A DNA stretch of 64,000 bases from an uncultured bacterium (GTDB lineage Bacteria > Zixibacteria > MSB-5A5 > GN15 > FEB-12), in contig CBDVDR010000002.1 in assembly GCA_965372795.1 (NCBI GenBank), positions 224,001 through 288,000 on the forward strand, written 5' to 3'. Positions 47,619 through 58,181 of this stretch are shown here, piece by piece (positions within the stretch are counted from its first letter, which is position 1; each line of letters opens with the position of its first letter). The notes below the pieces were generated by a model, which had not been told where the DNA came from, searched no databases, and worked only from the letters and a program-made list of their open reading frames with translations. Both the position numbers and the translations under genes were made by a program.

Positions 47619-47619
47619 T

Positions 47620-49467
47620 TTATTTCTGAACAATTATATCTTCACTTGCTCGTGGTTGAAATCTTGGCAGTTTAATTTTAAAACAAGTGCCTTGCCCCAA
47701 GGTTGTGTCGACTGAAATATTACCATGATGTTGTGATGCTATTTTTTTGGCATTAAAAAGACCAAGACCATTTCCTTTTTTCTTAGTAGAAAAATGAAGC
47801 AGGTATATTTTGTGGAGCAGCTCTTCTGAAATTCCGACACCATTATCACAAATTTCAATAATAATTTCTTCAGTTTTAGAATCAACATCAGAGTAAATAG
47901 TAATCTGTTGATTATAACTTTGCTGATTTGCATCATTAGAAATTGCTTTTTCCTGAACGGCATCAGCAGCATTTTCTAAAAGGATAATTAGCAATTGTTT
48001 GATTTGGGAAACATCCATCTCAAGATTAGGTATATCCTGATTGATGTCTATCGTAAAATGTATTTGTTTAAAACGACTCTGGTTTTTTAATGAAAACAGA
48101 GTGTCCTCAATAAGACGTTTTACATCAAAACTAATAAATTCAGTTTCTGGCTGAGAAAGATCAGCCAGGGAACTTACATACATCTGTAATTTTAAGAGAC
48201 TGTCATTCACAGCCCGGGTATTGAATTTAGCCTTTTCAAATTCTTCATTATCAATATGTCGGGATAAGAGTGACATATTATTTGAAAGGACCGTCAGGAA
48301 ATTATTTAATTTATGACCCATGCTATTTGTCAGATCAGATCTTTCAGCCAGCTTCTCAGACAATATGACATACTTCTCGGTGATCGTTTTTTCGGTGACA
48401 TCCTCTATGAAAATTATCAAGCCTTTGCCATATTCCGTAAAATCAATCACCGGCGTTAATTTTAGAGAAAGGACTTTTTCCATATAACCGGTATCATGGA
48501 AATATCTTGGCTCTTCAAAAGTTTCATAACTTGTAAGGCTTGAAGTTATCATGTATTGCCATTGAGTTTTTTCCTTCTCAGGGAATATCTCAAATAGATT
48601 ATTGATGTTTTTATTTTTTATGTTCTCAAAATTTATATCGAGAATTTCCATTGCCGATCGGTTGATGTCGATTATATCTGCTTTGTTATCAATAACAATT
48701 AAACCGATTGGTGCTTTTTCAAAAACTGTTTTGAAGGGAGAGGAGTCAGAGAGCTTGCCCTTTGAGATTTTTTCTGATTTGAAAAGAGAAATTACGAATT
48801 GAATTAAATTATTTAGAAGCGAATTTACAATTTGGGATTGTTCGACAGAACTTAGTTTTGTTTCATAATAAATTACATATCTATGATTATTAAGATCAAG
48901 AGGAATAAAGAAATGATAAATGAATTTTTCAGTAAGTATTACGTCATCGTCTATAATAGAAGTATCTACTTCCGATTGAGTATGTGTTATCTCTGTTTTT
49001 TTCTCAAAGACTTTTTTGCATAAAGCTTTCACAGTATGGGGCAAACTAGCCGTAGCGGTTCCTTCAGGGTAGTTATATAATGCCTGTAACGAGGGTTCAT
49101 TGTTTGACATTAGGGTAAAGGCTGCGCATTTATCGGCATCAATTAATGAAGCACTTTGATTTACAACAAATCCGATTAAACTTTCAATGCTTATTTTCTG
49201 GGATGATTTTATTAGCAGATCAATGATGAGTTTTTGTAAAGAATTAGAAATTGTATAATTTTCAGGATAGTTCTGAAGTTTCTCAGCTTCACTATAACAA
49301 TTATCTGAAAATATATTTAACTCGTTTAGATCGCTAATATTATTTGAATTATGATCATTGGTGGTTGAATTATTTTGGGAAAGGTTTGCGTCAAAGGGTG
49401 AATAATCAGTCCCTGTTTTATTTGAATTTGAAAGCAAGAATACTCCTTTAATAAAGCCAATATACAA
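47620..49467 (-). CDS. Cytoplasmic GAF-like/PAS sensor histidine kinase
   Basis: PAS (APIGLIVID..INR), H-box GHKLNN, ENAADA, DNGVG, FSTK..GNGLGL; start uncertain. Confidence 0.85.
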   Translation of the reverse strand: MYIGFIKGVFLLSNSNKTGTDYSPFDANLSQNNSTTNDHNSNNISDLNELNIFSDNCYSEAEKLQNYPENYTISNSLQKLIIDLLIKSSQKISIESLIGFVVNQSASLIDADKCAAFTLMSNNEPSLQALYNYPEGTATASLPHTVKALCKKVFEKKTEITHTQSEVDTSIIDDDVILTEKFIYHFFIPLDLNNHRYVIYYETKLSSVEQSQIVNSLLNNLIQFVISLFKSEKISKGKLSDSSPFKTVFEKAPIGLIVIDNKADIIDINRSAMEILDINFENIKNKNINNLFEIFPEKEKTQWQYMITSSLTSYETFEEPRYFHDTGYMEKVLSLKLTPVIDFTEYGKGLIIFIEDVTEKTITEKYVILSEKLAERSDLTNSMGHKLNNFLTVLSNNMSLLSRHIDNEEFEKAKFNTRAVNDSLLKLQMYVSSLADLSQPETEFISFDVKRLIEDTLFSLKNQSRFKQIHFTIDINQDIPNLEMDVSQIKQLLIILLENAADAVQEKAISNDANQQSYNQQITIYSDVDSKTEEIIIEICDNGVGISEELLHKIYLLHFSTKKKGNGLGLFNAKKIASQHHGNISVDTTLGQGTCFKIKLPRFQPRASEDIIVQK

Positions 49468-49536
49468 GATATAGCACTACCTTTCATATATCGGAAGAAG
49501 TAGCTAAAAGATAACTAACTAAGTGAAAACAGACAA

Positions 49537-50181
49537 TTAATCTTGAGGTTCAGTGAAAGAACTGTCCAAATCCGTCATTCTGAAAGGACGACTTTTTATC
49601 TGGTACTCGGTTCGGCCATAGCTGGAAAATTCCAGAAACCTGTTGAAAAGGTATTTTAATGCAGAATTATTTTCTGTCGGTTTATTTGAGGCATTACCTA
49701 CCAATACAGCACTAAGGCAGTCTATGTCTACTTCAAGTTCATACCGGTTTTCGGGATCAATTATTTTCTCAGGCAGGATATAAATATAAATTGAATCGTT
49801 CAAATAACGATGTAATTGAGCTGGTGAAATAACGGTTCTTTCAGTTGAATTTTCAGCATCGCTTGTGATTATAACGAAATTCTGAGTTAAGATTCGGTAT
49901 TTGATATCTACAAAAAAATCTGTCTTTGCAATATTCTCTGTCCCGAATAATTTTTTTGGGCGATTTAGATTTACGTGTAGAAAAATTGAGAAGTCGATTC
50001 CGTCCTTGAGATTTTCAAGGATATTACTGTTTATAAAAGATGCGAGGTCTATCCACACAGCCAGGCTGTCATTAATCTTAGCCAGGTCATAGTCGATATC
50101 AACATTTTCCCGGGCAGTAACTGTTTGTCCGGGAAAAGATAATAGTAGGGAAAATATAAATATAGAAAATTTAATTTTCAT
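49537..50181 (-). CDS. DUF4390-like exported protein
   Basis: Signal peptide; LKDGI.F.I.L...L.R and I.Y..LT..F pattern; near an NtrY/NtrX-like pair. Confidence 0.6.
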   Translation of the reverse strand: MKIKFSIFIFSLLLSFPGQTVTARENVDIDYDLAKINDSLAVWIDLASFINSNILENLKDGIDFSIFLHVNLNRPKKLFGTENIAKTDFFVDIKYRILTQNFVIITSDAENSTERTVISPAQLHRYLNDSIYIYILPEKIIDPENRYELEVDIDCLSAVLVGNASNKPTENNSALKYLFNRFLEFSSYGRTEYQIKSRPFRMTDLDSSFTEPQD

Positions 50182-50186
50182 TTGTG

Positions 50187-51947
50187 TTAAAAGTTATGAG
50201 TTAACCTCACTAAAACTTTTGGGTCATCATTCGGATCGCTGTCGAGCCGTTTTGCAAGAGTGATTTTAAAATCATCGCCGATATAAAAACCGACACCCAA
50301 ATTATTTCTGATTTCCTGGGCATCAGAAAGAGATTCATCATTGGCTATCTTGCCGATATCCCAGAAAATAGAAGTTGCAATATCTATACGGGGGAATTCT
50401 ACCCGATACTCAGCATTTCCCATCCAGAATTCAGTTCCCATAAACTCTTTATGATGAAAACCGCGTAAAGTTCCTAAACCTCCAAGATAAAACCGTTTGT
50501 ACATCGGTAAATATCCTTCACTGGAACCATAGGCTCCCGAAAGAATCAACATTGCCCGCCGATTGATCTTTTGGAATCTGGTTAATGATACCGAATATCT
50601 TTTATAGTCAAAATCGGAATTTAAATCAGGGTGCGACCATTCATATTTTGATTTCAGATGCCAGGCGGAGTTATCAAAAATAAAATCATCATTGGTCGTT
50701 TTATAATCGAGTTTGAAGGACAAGGTTGCAATATCGGTTGTATCGATTTCAGCAATCGAATTTAAACGAAAAGTTTCTTCGACTGAATGAAAGTTCTTAT
50801 CAAAGTTTTTGCTTCTGCCAAACACCGCCCACAATCCCCGGGTACTTTCAATAAAATTTGTTTTTTCTATACGATAACGTGATTCAAGGGTAAGATTGCC
50901 AAATGGTTTTACCCGGAGATACGCCGTACCGCCTTCGCCTTCATAATAATCTTTAAAATCTTCTGCAGCAAAGATTGCAAAGGCAGTATTCTCATCATCC
51001 TGTAAAAGATGATCATCTTCAGAAGCCAACCTGCGATAAAGTTCTCCGCCAACGGCGATTGGGAGAGATGTTGAAAGCACCTGTTCAAATCCAAAGAAAT
51101 ATCTCCAGCGATCAGATGCAAAACCATAACCGCCTTTTGCCCACAAAGAGGGGAGAGTCGAGTCGACATCGTTATACTTTAGCGATGAATAAATTGCTAA
51201 ACCATCAACTTTGTTATAGGTCATATCGAATCCGGTAGATATATCATTATCCCGGCGTTGAAACCGGTGGGTTCTGCGCGATTTTTGTTTTTTACCTGAG
51301 TAGACACCACCGTAAAGGGAAGCATCATTAGCAACATCTATGCGACTCTTGATAGTTGAAACATCACCGCGAACCACAGCATCGGAACCGATATAAATTT
51401 CACCCAAGAGAGAAATGACTTCTTTGTTTACTTCACCGTAAACTTCAATATCACCGGTAATTGAAAGGACAAACCCGCGAATAAACTCATCCTCTTCAAC
51501 TACCAAAGGTCCGTCAAATTGGAATAAATTTCCTCTTCTGAAGCGGGAAGAATTATTGCCGGATGATTTAGTTTTATAAAACATGATTGAAAAGGCATCT
51601 GTTTCACCGTCGATATAAATATCAGAAATATCTCTATAAGCAATTTCATCCGATCCTATGGCGATGTGGTTTTTATGAAAAGTTAGATTATCACCAATTT
51701 TCAGATAATCATCAGTTCTTTTTAACTCACCTTTAGGGATATATGATTCGTTTTCAGTTTCCCCTAAAAAAGTAGTTACAATTATTTCCTCGTCATCAAT
51801 CTGAATTTCAAAAAGAACGTCCTGTTTTTTTTGCCTTTTAAAATCTTTGTATTCAATGGCATTAACAAATCCGCCGCAAAACAGAAGAGCAATAAATGTT
51901 ATAATCAGTTTACTCATAATACTCCATATTTTTTGATGCTTACTCAT
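50187..51947 (-). CDS. Omp85/BamA-TamA-family outer-membrane protein with bactofilin-like beta-helix N-terminal region
   Basis: YNKVDGL barrel start, LGGLGTLRGF lid motif, NAEYR, FWDIG, terminal Phe; GDIEVYGEV..GDV repeats. Confidence 0.75.
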   Translation of the reverse strand: MSKHQKIWSIMSKLIITFIALLFCGGFVNAIEYKDFKRQKKQDVLFEIQIDDEEIIVTTFLGETENESYIPKGELKRTDDYLKIGDNLTFHKNHIAIGSDEIAYRDISDIYIDGETDAFSIMFYKTKSSGNNSSRFRRGNLFQFDGPLVVEEDEFIRGFVLSITGDIEVYGEVNKEVISLLGEIYIGSDAVVRGDVSTIKSRIDVANDASLYGGVYSGKKQKSRRTHRFQRRDNDISTGFDMTYNKVDGLAIYSSLKYNDVDSTLPSLWAKGGYGFASDRWRYFFGFEQVLSTSLPIAVGGELYRRLASEDDHLLQDDENTAFAIFAAEDFKDYYEGEGGTAYLRVKPFGNLTLESRYRIEKTNFIESTRGLWAVFGRSKNFDKNFHSVEETFRLNSIAEIDTTDIATLSFKLDYKTTNDDFIFDNSAWHLKSKYEWSHPDLNSDFDYKRYSVSLTRFQKINRRAMLILSGAYGSSEGYLPMYKRFYLGGLGTLRGFHHKEFMGTEFWMGNAEYRVEFPRIDIATSIFWDIGKIANDESLSDAQEIRNNLGVGFYIGDDFKITLAKRLDSDPNDDPKVLVRLTHNF

Positions 51948-51977
51948 GTTAAACCTCCACTTTTTATTTTACTATAT

Positions 51978-51994
51978 AACAAAAGCTGTGCCAA
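51978..51994 (-). promoter_or_regulatory. sigma54 promoter TTGGCAC-AGCTT-TTGTT
   Basis: Perfect -24 TGGCAC, -12 TTGT (consensus TTGC), 30 bp upstream of the ATG at 51947 and directly downstream of a bEBP gene. Confidence 0.65.
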
Positions 51995-52045
51995 CTAAGT
52001 AAGCTCGTAAATAGTAACAAGTTAAGTATGCGTCAAGTTTGTAAC

Positions 52046-52062
52046 TGTGTTGCTTATACACA
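52046..52062. promoter_or_regulatory. Candidate enhancer (bEBP site) TGTGT-N7-ACACA
   Basis: Perfect inverted repeat 55-70 bp upstream of the sigma54 -24 box. Confidence 0.5.
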
Positions 52063-52073
52063 CCCATGAACGA

Positions 52074-53420
52074 TTAATGTTCATCTTTTTTGATTCCTAA
52101 TTCTTTGATCTTACGTGATAAATTGGCTCGGTCAATCTTAAGCACCACAGCAGTTTTGGAAATATTCCCATCACATTCATTTAAAGTTATTTGAATAATC
52201 TGCTTTTCAAATTGAGACATTTTATCACTGAGTGATTTGTTCTCCATTGAACCTGACTCTACAATATCTTCTGATAAAATAGAACGAATTTGATTAATAC
52301 TCACAGTTTTGCCATTGAGTATAATTGTCAGTCTTTCGATTATATTTTTCAATTGGCGAATGTTGCCGGGATAGTCAAGAGTTGTTAAATAGGCAAGAGC
52401 ATCGGGTGTTAATTTTGTGTTTGAAGCCGGATCGTATCTTTTTAAAAATGATCCTGCCAACAGAGGCACATCATCAAGACGGTTGCGAAGGGGGGGAACC
52501 TCAATCGATAGTACCGATATCCGGTAATAAAGGTCTTCCCGGAAAGTGGATTCTCTAATCATTTGGCTTAAGTTTCGATTGGTAGCACATAAAATTCGAA
52601 CATCAGTTTTTACTGTGGACTCAGACCCCAGCGGTTCAACTTCTCCGGTCTCAAGCACCCTTAAAAGTTTCGCCTGACATTCAAATGGTAAATCACCGAT
52701 CTCATCAAGGAAAAGAGTTCCGCCATCTGCCATAACAAATTTACCCGGATAATCTTTGATCGCACCGGTATAGGCTCCTTTTCTATGACCGAAAAGTTCC
52801 GATTCAAAAAGGGTTGGAGGAATCCCCGGACAATTTACTTTTACAAATGGTTTCCCGCGCCGTTTACTTTCAAGGTATAATCTTGTTGCCACCAGCTCTT
52901 TGCCGGTTCCGTTTTCACCCTCTATTAAAACCGTCGAATCAGTCGGCGCCGACTGCCGGATCGTTTTTATCAGTTGCTTTACAGCTTTGCTTTGGCCAAT
53001 AATTTGTGAGTTTTCATCAATATCAGAGAGCGACAAATTTTGCTGATGATTAGCATTGACCAGCATCATCGCAACTTTGACCGATGAAATCAATTTTTCA
53101 GGAGGTACCGGTTTTTCAAGATAATCAATAGCTCCCAGACTGACAGCTTCTAAAGCGGTGGAGATATCTGATTGCCCTGAGATCACTAAGACCAGGGGAG
53201 CTTGCGATTCATTCTCAAGCTGTTTCAAAAAATCAATCCCGGATTCACCCGGCAAATTCAAATCAAGTAAAACCAAATCAAAATCAGTCTGACTATTTTT
53301 CAGCAATGCCGCATCTATCGTATCGGCAATATCGCATTTATAACCCTGATCAGTTAACAGTGAGGAAAATGCCAGCGTAATGTTTTTTTCATCATCAACT
53401 ATTAGGATTCTATTAGGCAT
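52074..53420 (-). CDS. sigma54-dependent response regulator (NtrC/NtrX family)
   Basis: REC (VDDE, LLD, EKP), GENGTGKE, ESELFGH, GAYTGA, FLDEIG, FREDLYYR, Fis-type HTH. Confidence 0.95.
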   Translation of the reverse strand: MPNRILIVDDEKNITLAFSSLLTDQGYKCDIADTIDAALLKNSQTDFDLVLLDLNLPGESGIDFLKQLENESQAPLVLVISGQSDISTALEAVSLGAIDYLEKPVPPEKLISSVKVAMMLVNANHQQNLSLSDIDENSQIIGQSKAVKQLIKTIRQSAPTDSTVLIEGENGTGKELVATRLYLESKRRGKPFVKVNCPGIPPTLFESELFGHRKGAYTGAIKDYPGKFVMADGGTLFLDEIGDLPFECQAKLLRVLETGEVEPLGSESTVKTDVRILCATNRNLSQMIRESTFREDLYYRISVLSIEVPPLRNRLDDVPLLAGSFLKRYDPASNTKLTPDALAYLTTLDYPGNIRQLKNIIERLTIILNGKTVSINQIRSILSEDIVESGSMENKSLSDKMSQFEKQIIQITLNECDGNISKTAVVLKIDRANLSRKIKELGIKKDEH

Positions 53421-53423
53421 GAT

Positions 53424-54845
53424 TTAGTTTTGCGGTAAAATTATTGTTACCGTTGTTCCTTTATCAACTTGTGAAGAAATTTTCACCTGACCGTTTAATT
53501 CATTTACTACTTTTTCAACCATCGCCAGACCCAGTCCGGTTCCTTCTTTACGGGTAGTAAAATATGGCATCCGGGCTGTTTTTAGTGTGTCCGATGACAT
53601 CCCGCAACCCTGATCGGAAACATCAATTCTGATTTCGTCTGTTGACTGTCTCAGAGAAATCTCTATTTTATTCCCCGGCGAAGTAGCTTCAATAGCATTC
53701 TTTAACAAATTGTGAATGACCTCGCGAAAATAAGTTATATCAATATCAGCGTCTACATTGCTCTCTGGAAGGTTTAACAAAAACTGATATTCGGACAATT
53801 GTTCTTTATATAAATCTGATAATGATTTAATCAATTCGTTTAGATTGGTTTTTTCAAGTTTGGGCGGGGGAAGCTTCGCCAGTTGCGAAAATCTATCTGC
53901 AAGTTCCTTTAGATGTTTTATCTCTTCAGAAGCCGCAGTTAAGGAATCTTTATATAATTCGTAATTACCTTTATCCTTTAAAGATTTTTCAATTTGGTAC
54001 AAAGATATTATAATCGGCTGCAAAGGATTTTTAAGTTCGTGTGCAAAACGTCTTGCAATATTCCGCCAGGCGGCAACTCGTTCGGTTTGAGAAAGGCGAA
54101 TCGTCGTTGACTCAAGTTTGGAAGCCATGGTATTAAAAGAATCAATCAATGATTGAATTTCTCCCGATGATGATGATTCGACCCGATGGTCAAAATCACC
54201 ATCAGCAATTCGTGATGAGGCCACACTCAGGGCGTTGATCGGTTCGGAGAGATTTGAGGCAATCTTTTTTGAGAAGAAATAGGCCAGCACCAGAGTTGAG
54301 CTGATTAGGAAAATAAATATTACAGCAATAAATGTTATATAGGTAACCTTTAGCTGTGAATTGGATTTTGTAATTGATCGATTAATCTGAAAGGAATTCT
54401 GAAGATCAATAAACCTTTGGTCGTGAACATAACCGCCCCAGATTTTTGCTGAATCACTTTTAATTACCGCATATTGAATAATGACCGAATCAAAATTAAA
54501 AAACCCACCTTCAACATCATTAGATTTTAAAATCAGGTTTTTAATTTTGGAAGTTTTGATTGACGGGTGAATTTTTAAGATGTCAATTGAATCGTTCTTT
54601 TGAATTATGCAAAAATCAAGATTCGTCAGGGAATGGTCTTCATATGTCAGCTTCGTTTGAATTTGATCAAATATAAATTGATTATAATATTCAGTTACGT
54701 CTTCAACCGGAAAATCTGTTTTATCGCTGATAATTTCGCTGGTTTCTAAAATCAGGTAATATCCTGCTATGGCAAGCAGCACTGATGGAATCAAAGAAAA
54801 TAATAGAAATAACTTAAAAAGCTTTTTCCCGAATAATGAAATCAT
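53424..54845 (-). CDS. Membrane sensor histidine kinase with HAMP (NtrY-like)
   Basis: 2 TM, HAMP, AAWRNIARRFAHELKNPL, NLLKNA, DQGCG, GTGLGL. Confidence 0.93.
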   Translation of the reverse strand: MISLFGKKLFKLFLLFSLIPSVLLAIAGYYLILETSEIISDKTDFPVEDVTEYYNQFIFDQIQTKLTYEDHSLTNLDFCIIQKNDSIDILKIHPSIKTSKIKNLILKSNDVEGGFFNFDSVIIQYAVIKSDSAKIWGGYVHDQRFIDLQNSFQINRSITKSNSQLKVTYITFIAVIFIFLISSTLVLAYFFSKKIASNLSEPINALSVASSRIADGDFDHRVESSSSGEIQSLIDSFNTMASKLESTTIRLSQTERVAAWRNIARRFAHELKNPLQPIIISLYQIEKSLKDKGNYELYKDSLTAASEEIKHLKELADRFSQLAKLPPPKLEKTNLNELIKSLSDLYKEQLSEYQFLLNLPESNVDADIDITYFREVIHNLLKNAIEATSPGNKIEISLRQSTDEIRIDVSDQGCGMSSDTLKTARMPYFTTRKEGTGLGLAMVEKVVNELNGQVKISSQVDKGTTVTIILPQN

Positions 54846-55414
54846 TATTTACCACGGTATAAACGATTATAATCACTCATAGCATGAATATGCGACTCAA
54901 AAGCAATTTTGTCCGGTAGATCATCAAGATGAAAATATTTTACCTCAAGAGCATCATCACAAGCTTTTAGCTCTCCGCCAATTCTATTGGCAAGATATAA
55001 AATCAACAAAGCGTTCACGCGGGGATCATCATTTCCAGAATATATTTCAAATAGGGAAGTAATCTCAATATCAAGATTTGTCTCTTCCTTTAATTCACGA
55101 ACGCAGGTTTCAGTTGGATGTTCATGCCATTCCATAAACCCTGCCGGAATACACCACCAGTTAATTTTTGGAGGATGGGCTCTTTTCACAAGCAGGATTT
55201 TATGATCCTCAACAATAATTGCTCCCGCAGCAGGAACCGGATTTTGATAAAAAATAAAATCACAGCCATCGGCTCCACATGCCATTCGGTTGACCCCATC
55301 ATGAAATATTTCATTGAGATCATTGCCGCACCGCGGGCAAATTTTATAGCCGCAATGATTATCTTTCCGTTTGAATAGTGTATCAGCGTCGAAATTATTA
55401 AAATTTTCAGTCAT
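54845..55414 (-). CDS. NUDIX hydrolase with N-terminal zinc ribbon
   Basis: CPRCG..C...C, YQNP, Nudix box PAGFME..E....CVRELKEETNL. Confidence 0.92.
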   Translation of the reverse strand: MTENFNNFDADTLFKRKDNHCGYKICPRCGNDLNEIFHDGVNRMACGADGCDFIFYQNPVPAAGAIIVEDHKILLVKRAHPPKINWWCIPAGFMEWHEHPTETCVRELKEETNLDIEITSLFEIYSGNDDPRVNALLILYLANRIGGELKACDDALEVKYFHLDDLPDKIAFESHIHAMSDYNRLYRGK

Positions 55415-55415
55415 T

Positions 55416-57665
55416 CTAACCTATGCCATTATTCATTTTAAGGGCTATTATTGTAGTATCATCTCGGGGTGGATCGGTCGGGTCATAGGCTCTGACATCA
55501 GAGAGAATATTATCAACCAGTTCTCCCGGGGGAAGATTACGGTTTTGATTAAGAAATTTATGAATCCGCTCTTCGGTATATTCTTCTTCAGCCTCGTTCA
55601 TAGCTTCGGAGAGTCCGTCAGTGAAGAGGAAAAGTAAATCATCTGAGTTCAATACAATCTTGTCTGACTCATATTCCATCCCGGGCAGAGCGCCTATAAT
55701 TGCGCCGCCGGTTTTCAGCAGTTCTATAGATCCATCAGACCTGACCAGCACCGGGTAATTATGACCGGCATTGGAATAATGGAACTCATTCGTCTTGGTG
55801 TTGATCTCACCATAAAAGAGAGTGACATATTTTTCCGATGAAGTCGAATTGACCATTTGCTGGTTAACATTTTTAAGCATCGTTACAATTGAATTTCCAT
55901 TATTTATTTCACTGCGGATAATTGCCTGAATCAAGGCTATCATCAAAGCAGCGGGCATGCCTTTGCCGGAAGCATCAGCGATCAAGACTCCAATTCGATC
56001 TTCGGAAATATGTATGAAATCATAAAAATCTCCCCCGATGGTACGAGATGGAGTCGAGTGAACTGATATTTTAGAACAATCCAATGTGGGCGGGGAAGAG
56101 GGAATTAAATCAAGCTGAATCTGTCTCGCCATTGAAACTTCTTCTTGAAGACGGATTCTCTCAAGAGAGTCACTGTATAATCGGGCATTTGTTAACGCCG
56201 ATACCATCTGATTCGAAAGAACCCCCAGTAAATTCATGTCTTCTGAGGAATATCTGTAACCGGTTAACTTATTAGTTAAGGCCAGGAAACCAAGAAGATG
56301 TTTCGAGTCTTTCATTGGCAGGATTAAGCGAATGTTTTTCTCTTGAAGAATTTCTGCCAATTCTGAACCATCACTATAAATAGACAGGGTTGAATAGTCT
56401 GTTGGCTTGTCGAGTAAATTGATTCCCCTTAACATCAGATCGTCACGTTTAATAACTTTTCTTCTGGTTATGTCTTCTGATGGTAAAACGGCATACTCAT
56501 TTACTTCATCATCAAACAACACAAAATAAACTCGCTCAACCAAAAGAGATACTTTCAGAGTCTCTTCAATCGTTTGCTGGAGCTGTTTGGAATTAAACTG
56601 TGAGATTACTTGGCGAGAGAACCGTTCCAAAACATTTCTATGATCGGTTCGAGCCCTGATAAATAGAGATTTTATGAAATTATCGATCCAGTTATTGATT
56701 GGTTGAAATAGAAGAAGAATAAATATAATAAAAGCATAGCTTATTAATTCTGCCTGATTTCCAAATAGGGGCGTTAAAAACTTTTTAGATTGAACTACTA
56801 ATAATATATAAGTGCCAACCAGTATTGCAGAAGTAATTGTATATACAAAAGATTGTCTGAAAACCAAGCGTACATCGAGGAACTGGTGTCTGATAGTTGC
56901 AAAGATAAAAAATCCCGATCCGATGAACATGGCAAGAATCATCAAAATTTCTGCATACTCGTTTGGAATTCGGTAAGAAATTACATTTCTGCCAAGTTGT
57001 GCAATTATAAATAATCCCAGACCAATTCTTGTTCCCCAAAGAACAACTTTGGTCTGTGATAATAAGCGCGGATTGGTGATACATGTTTTCCCTGATTCAA
57101 GAAAGTATATCCCAACAGATACATAAAACAGATTTAAAATGCCAAAGATTTTCAAATGATATGAATGAACCGTACTTATCAATAAAAACAGCCACGAAAA
57201 TAGTTTTGAGATTGGTTTCAAAATAAGAGCTGAAAAGTTTTCGTTATCAGGCTGGACACTCAATGAAGTTAAAAAATTAGTTAGCTGATCGAAGGTTAAC
57301 ATTAATAATAAATGAAGGACTGCCGGAATAAAAACCAAATAGAGTAAGCGGGGATGTTTGAATTGTTTGAAACGGTCAACCGGATAAATCCAGGAAAATA
57401 CCAGCAGGAAGGGGAAGAAAAATTCCCATAGATAAAAGAGATTGTACATGGCAGTATTTTCAAAATTGCTCATGACAACTGAAGATTGATCCAAGACCGT
57501 ACCCAATGCCATAAATATTGGACCAATACCGGCAAAACAAAGCATAGCTCCGGTAATTCGATTCAAACGACTTGAAAAATTATCTCTGGTCAGGGTAATG
57601 GCCAGAAATATCATGAAGCCGCCGGACAAAAAGTATAGTATTGTTTTTATCAATTCAAAATTCAT
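55416..57665 (-). CDS. Membrane-bound RsbU/SpoIIE-type PP2C phosphatase (multi-TM, GAF, SpoIIE)
   Basis: GGDFYD, IADASGKG.PAAL, NAGH, FTDGLSEA, DDTT; about 9 TM segments at the N-terminus. Confidence 0.92.
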   Translation of the reverse strand: MNFELIKTILYFLSGGFMIFLAITLTRDNFSSRLNRITGAMLCFAGIGPIFMALGTVLDQSSVVMSNFENTAMYNLFYLWEFFFPFLLVFSWIYPVDRFKQFKHPRLLYLVFIPAVLHLLLMLTFDQLTNFLTSLSVQPDNENFSALILKPISKLFSWLFLLISTVHSYHLKIFGILNLFYVSVGIYFLESGKTCITNPRLLSQTKVVLWGTRIGLGLFIIAQLGRNVISYRIPNEYAEILMILAMFIGSGFFIFATIRHQFLDVRLVFRQSFVYTITSAILVGTYILLVVQSKKFLTPLFGNQAELISYAFIIFILLLFQPINNWIDNFIKSLFIRARTDHRNVLERFSRQVISQFNSKQLQQTIEETLKVSLLVERVYFVLFDDEVNEYAVLPSEDITRRKVIKRDDLMLRGINLLDKPTDYSTLSIYSDGSELAEILQEKNIRLILPMKDSKHLLGFLALTNKLTGYRYSSEDMNLLGVLSNQMVSALTNARLYSDSLERIRLQEEVSMARQIQLDLIPSSPPTLDCSKISVHSTPSRTIGGDFYDFIHISEDRIGVLIADASGKGMPAALMIALIQAIIRSEINNGNSIVTMLKNVNQQMVNSTSSEKYVTLFYGEINTKTNEFHYSNAGHNYPVLVRSDGSIELLKTGGAIIGALPGMEYESDKIVLNSDDLLFLFTDGLSEAMNEAEEEYTEERIHKFLNQNRNLPPGELVDNILSDVRAYDPTDPPRDDTTIIALKMNNGIG

Positions 57666-57690
57666 TGATCAAACCAGAAAGGGTGATTGT

Positions 57691-58110
57691 TTAGATAGCT
57701 TTTTGGATAGTTATTATTGTTCCATCGTCAGTTGAATTAAATTCAACTTCATCCATAAGCGATTTAACGATGAAGATACCTCTGCCGACCTCTTTCAAAA
57801 GATTTTCATCAGCAATAGGGTCTTCAATATTTTCAGGATTAAATCCTTTTCCGTTATCTCTAACCGAGATTTTGACATAACCGGATTTATTTCCGATTTC
57901 TACCAGAACATTACTTTCGATGTCGGATTTATTTCCATGACGCATGGCATTGTTAACCAACTCTGACACAGATATTGCAATATCTGCAATTACTGATTCA
58001 TCTGCGCCATAGCCTCGTAGAATGCCTTCAATGAAAACATCGACGTCATTTAAATACTCCGGATCAGAAGGTACTGAAATTGTATTGCCTGAAATAACAG
58101 GTTTTTTCAT
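57691..58110 (-). CDS. RsbW/SpoIIAB-type anti-sigma factor Ser/Thr kinase
   Basis: SELVNNAMRHG, D.GKGF, GRGIFIV..LMD. Confidence 0.92.
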   Translation of the reverse strand: MKKPVISGNTISVPSDPEYLNDVDVFIEGILRGYGADESVIADIAISVSELVNNAMRHGNKSDIESNVLVEIGNKSGYVKISVRDNGKGFNPENIEDPIADENLLKEVGRGIFIVKSLMDEVEFNSTDDGTIITIQKAI

Positions 58111-58124
58111 TCTTAGCTGCTCCT

Positions 58125-58153
58125 AAAAAACAGGCAGGCTTTTTAGTCCTGCC
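58125..58153 (-). terminator. Intra-operon terminator-like hairpin between the STAS gene and the RsbW-like gene
   Basis: Minus strand GGCAGG(A)CT-AAAA-AGCCTGCC followed by TGTTTTTT. Confidence 0.55.
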
Positions 58154-58181
58154 GAATTATGTAATTATCAAAGTTACTATT

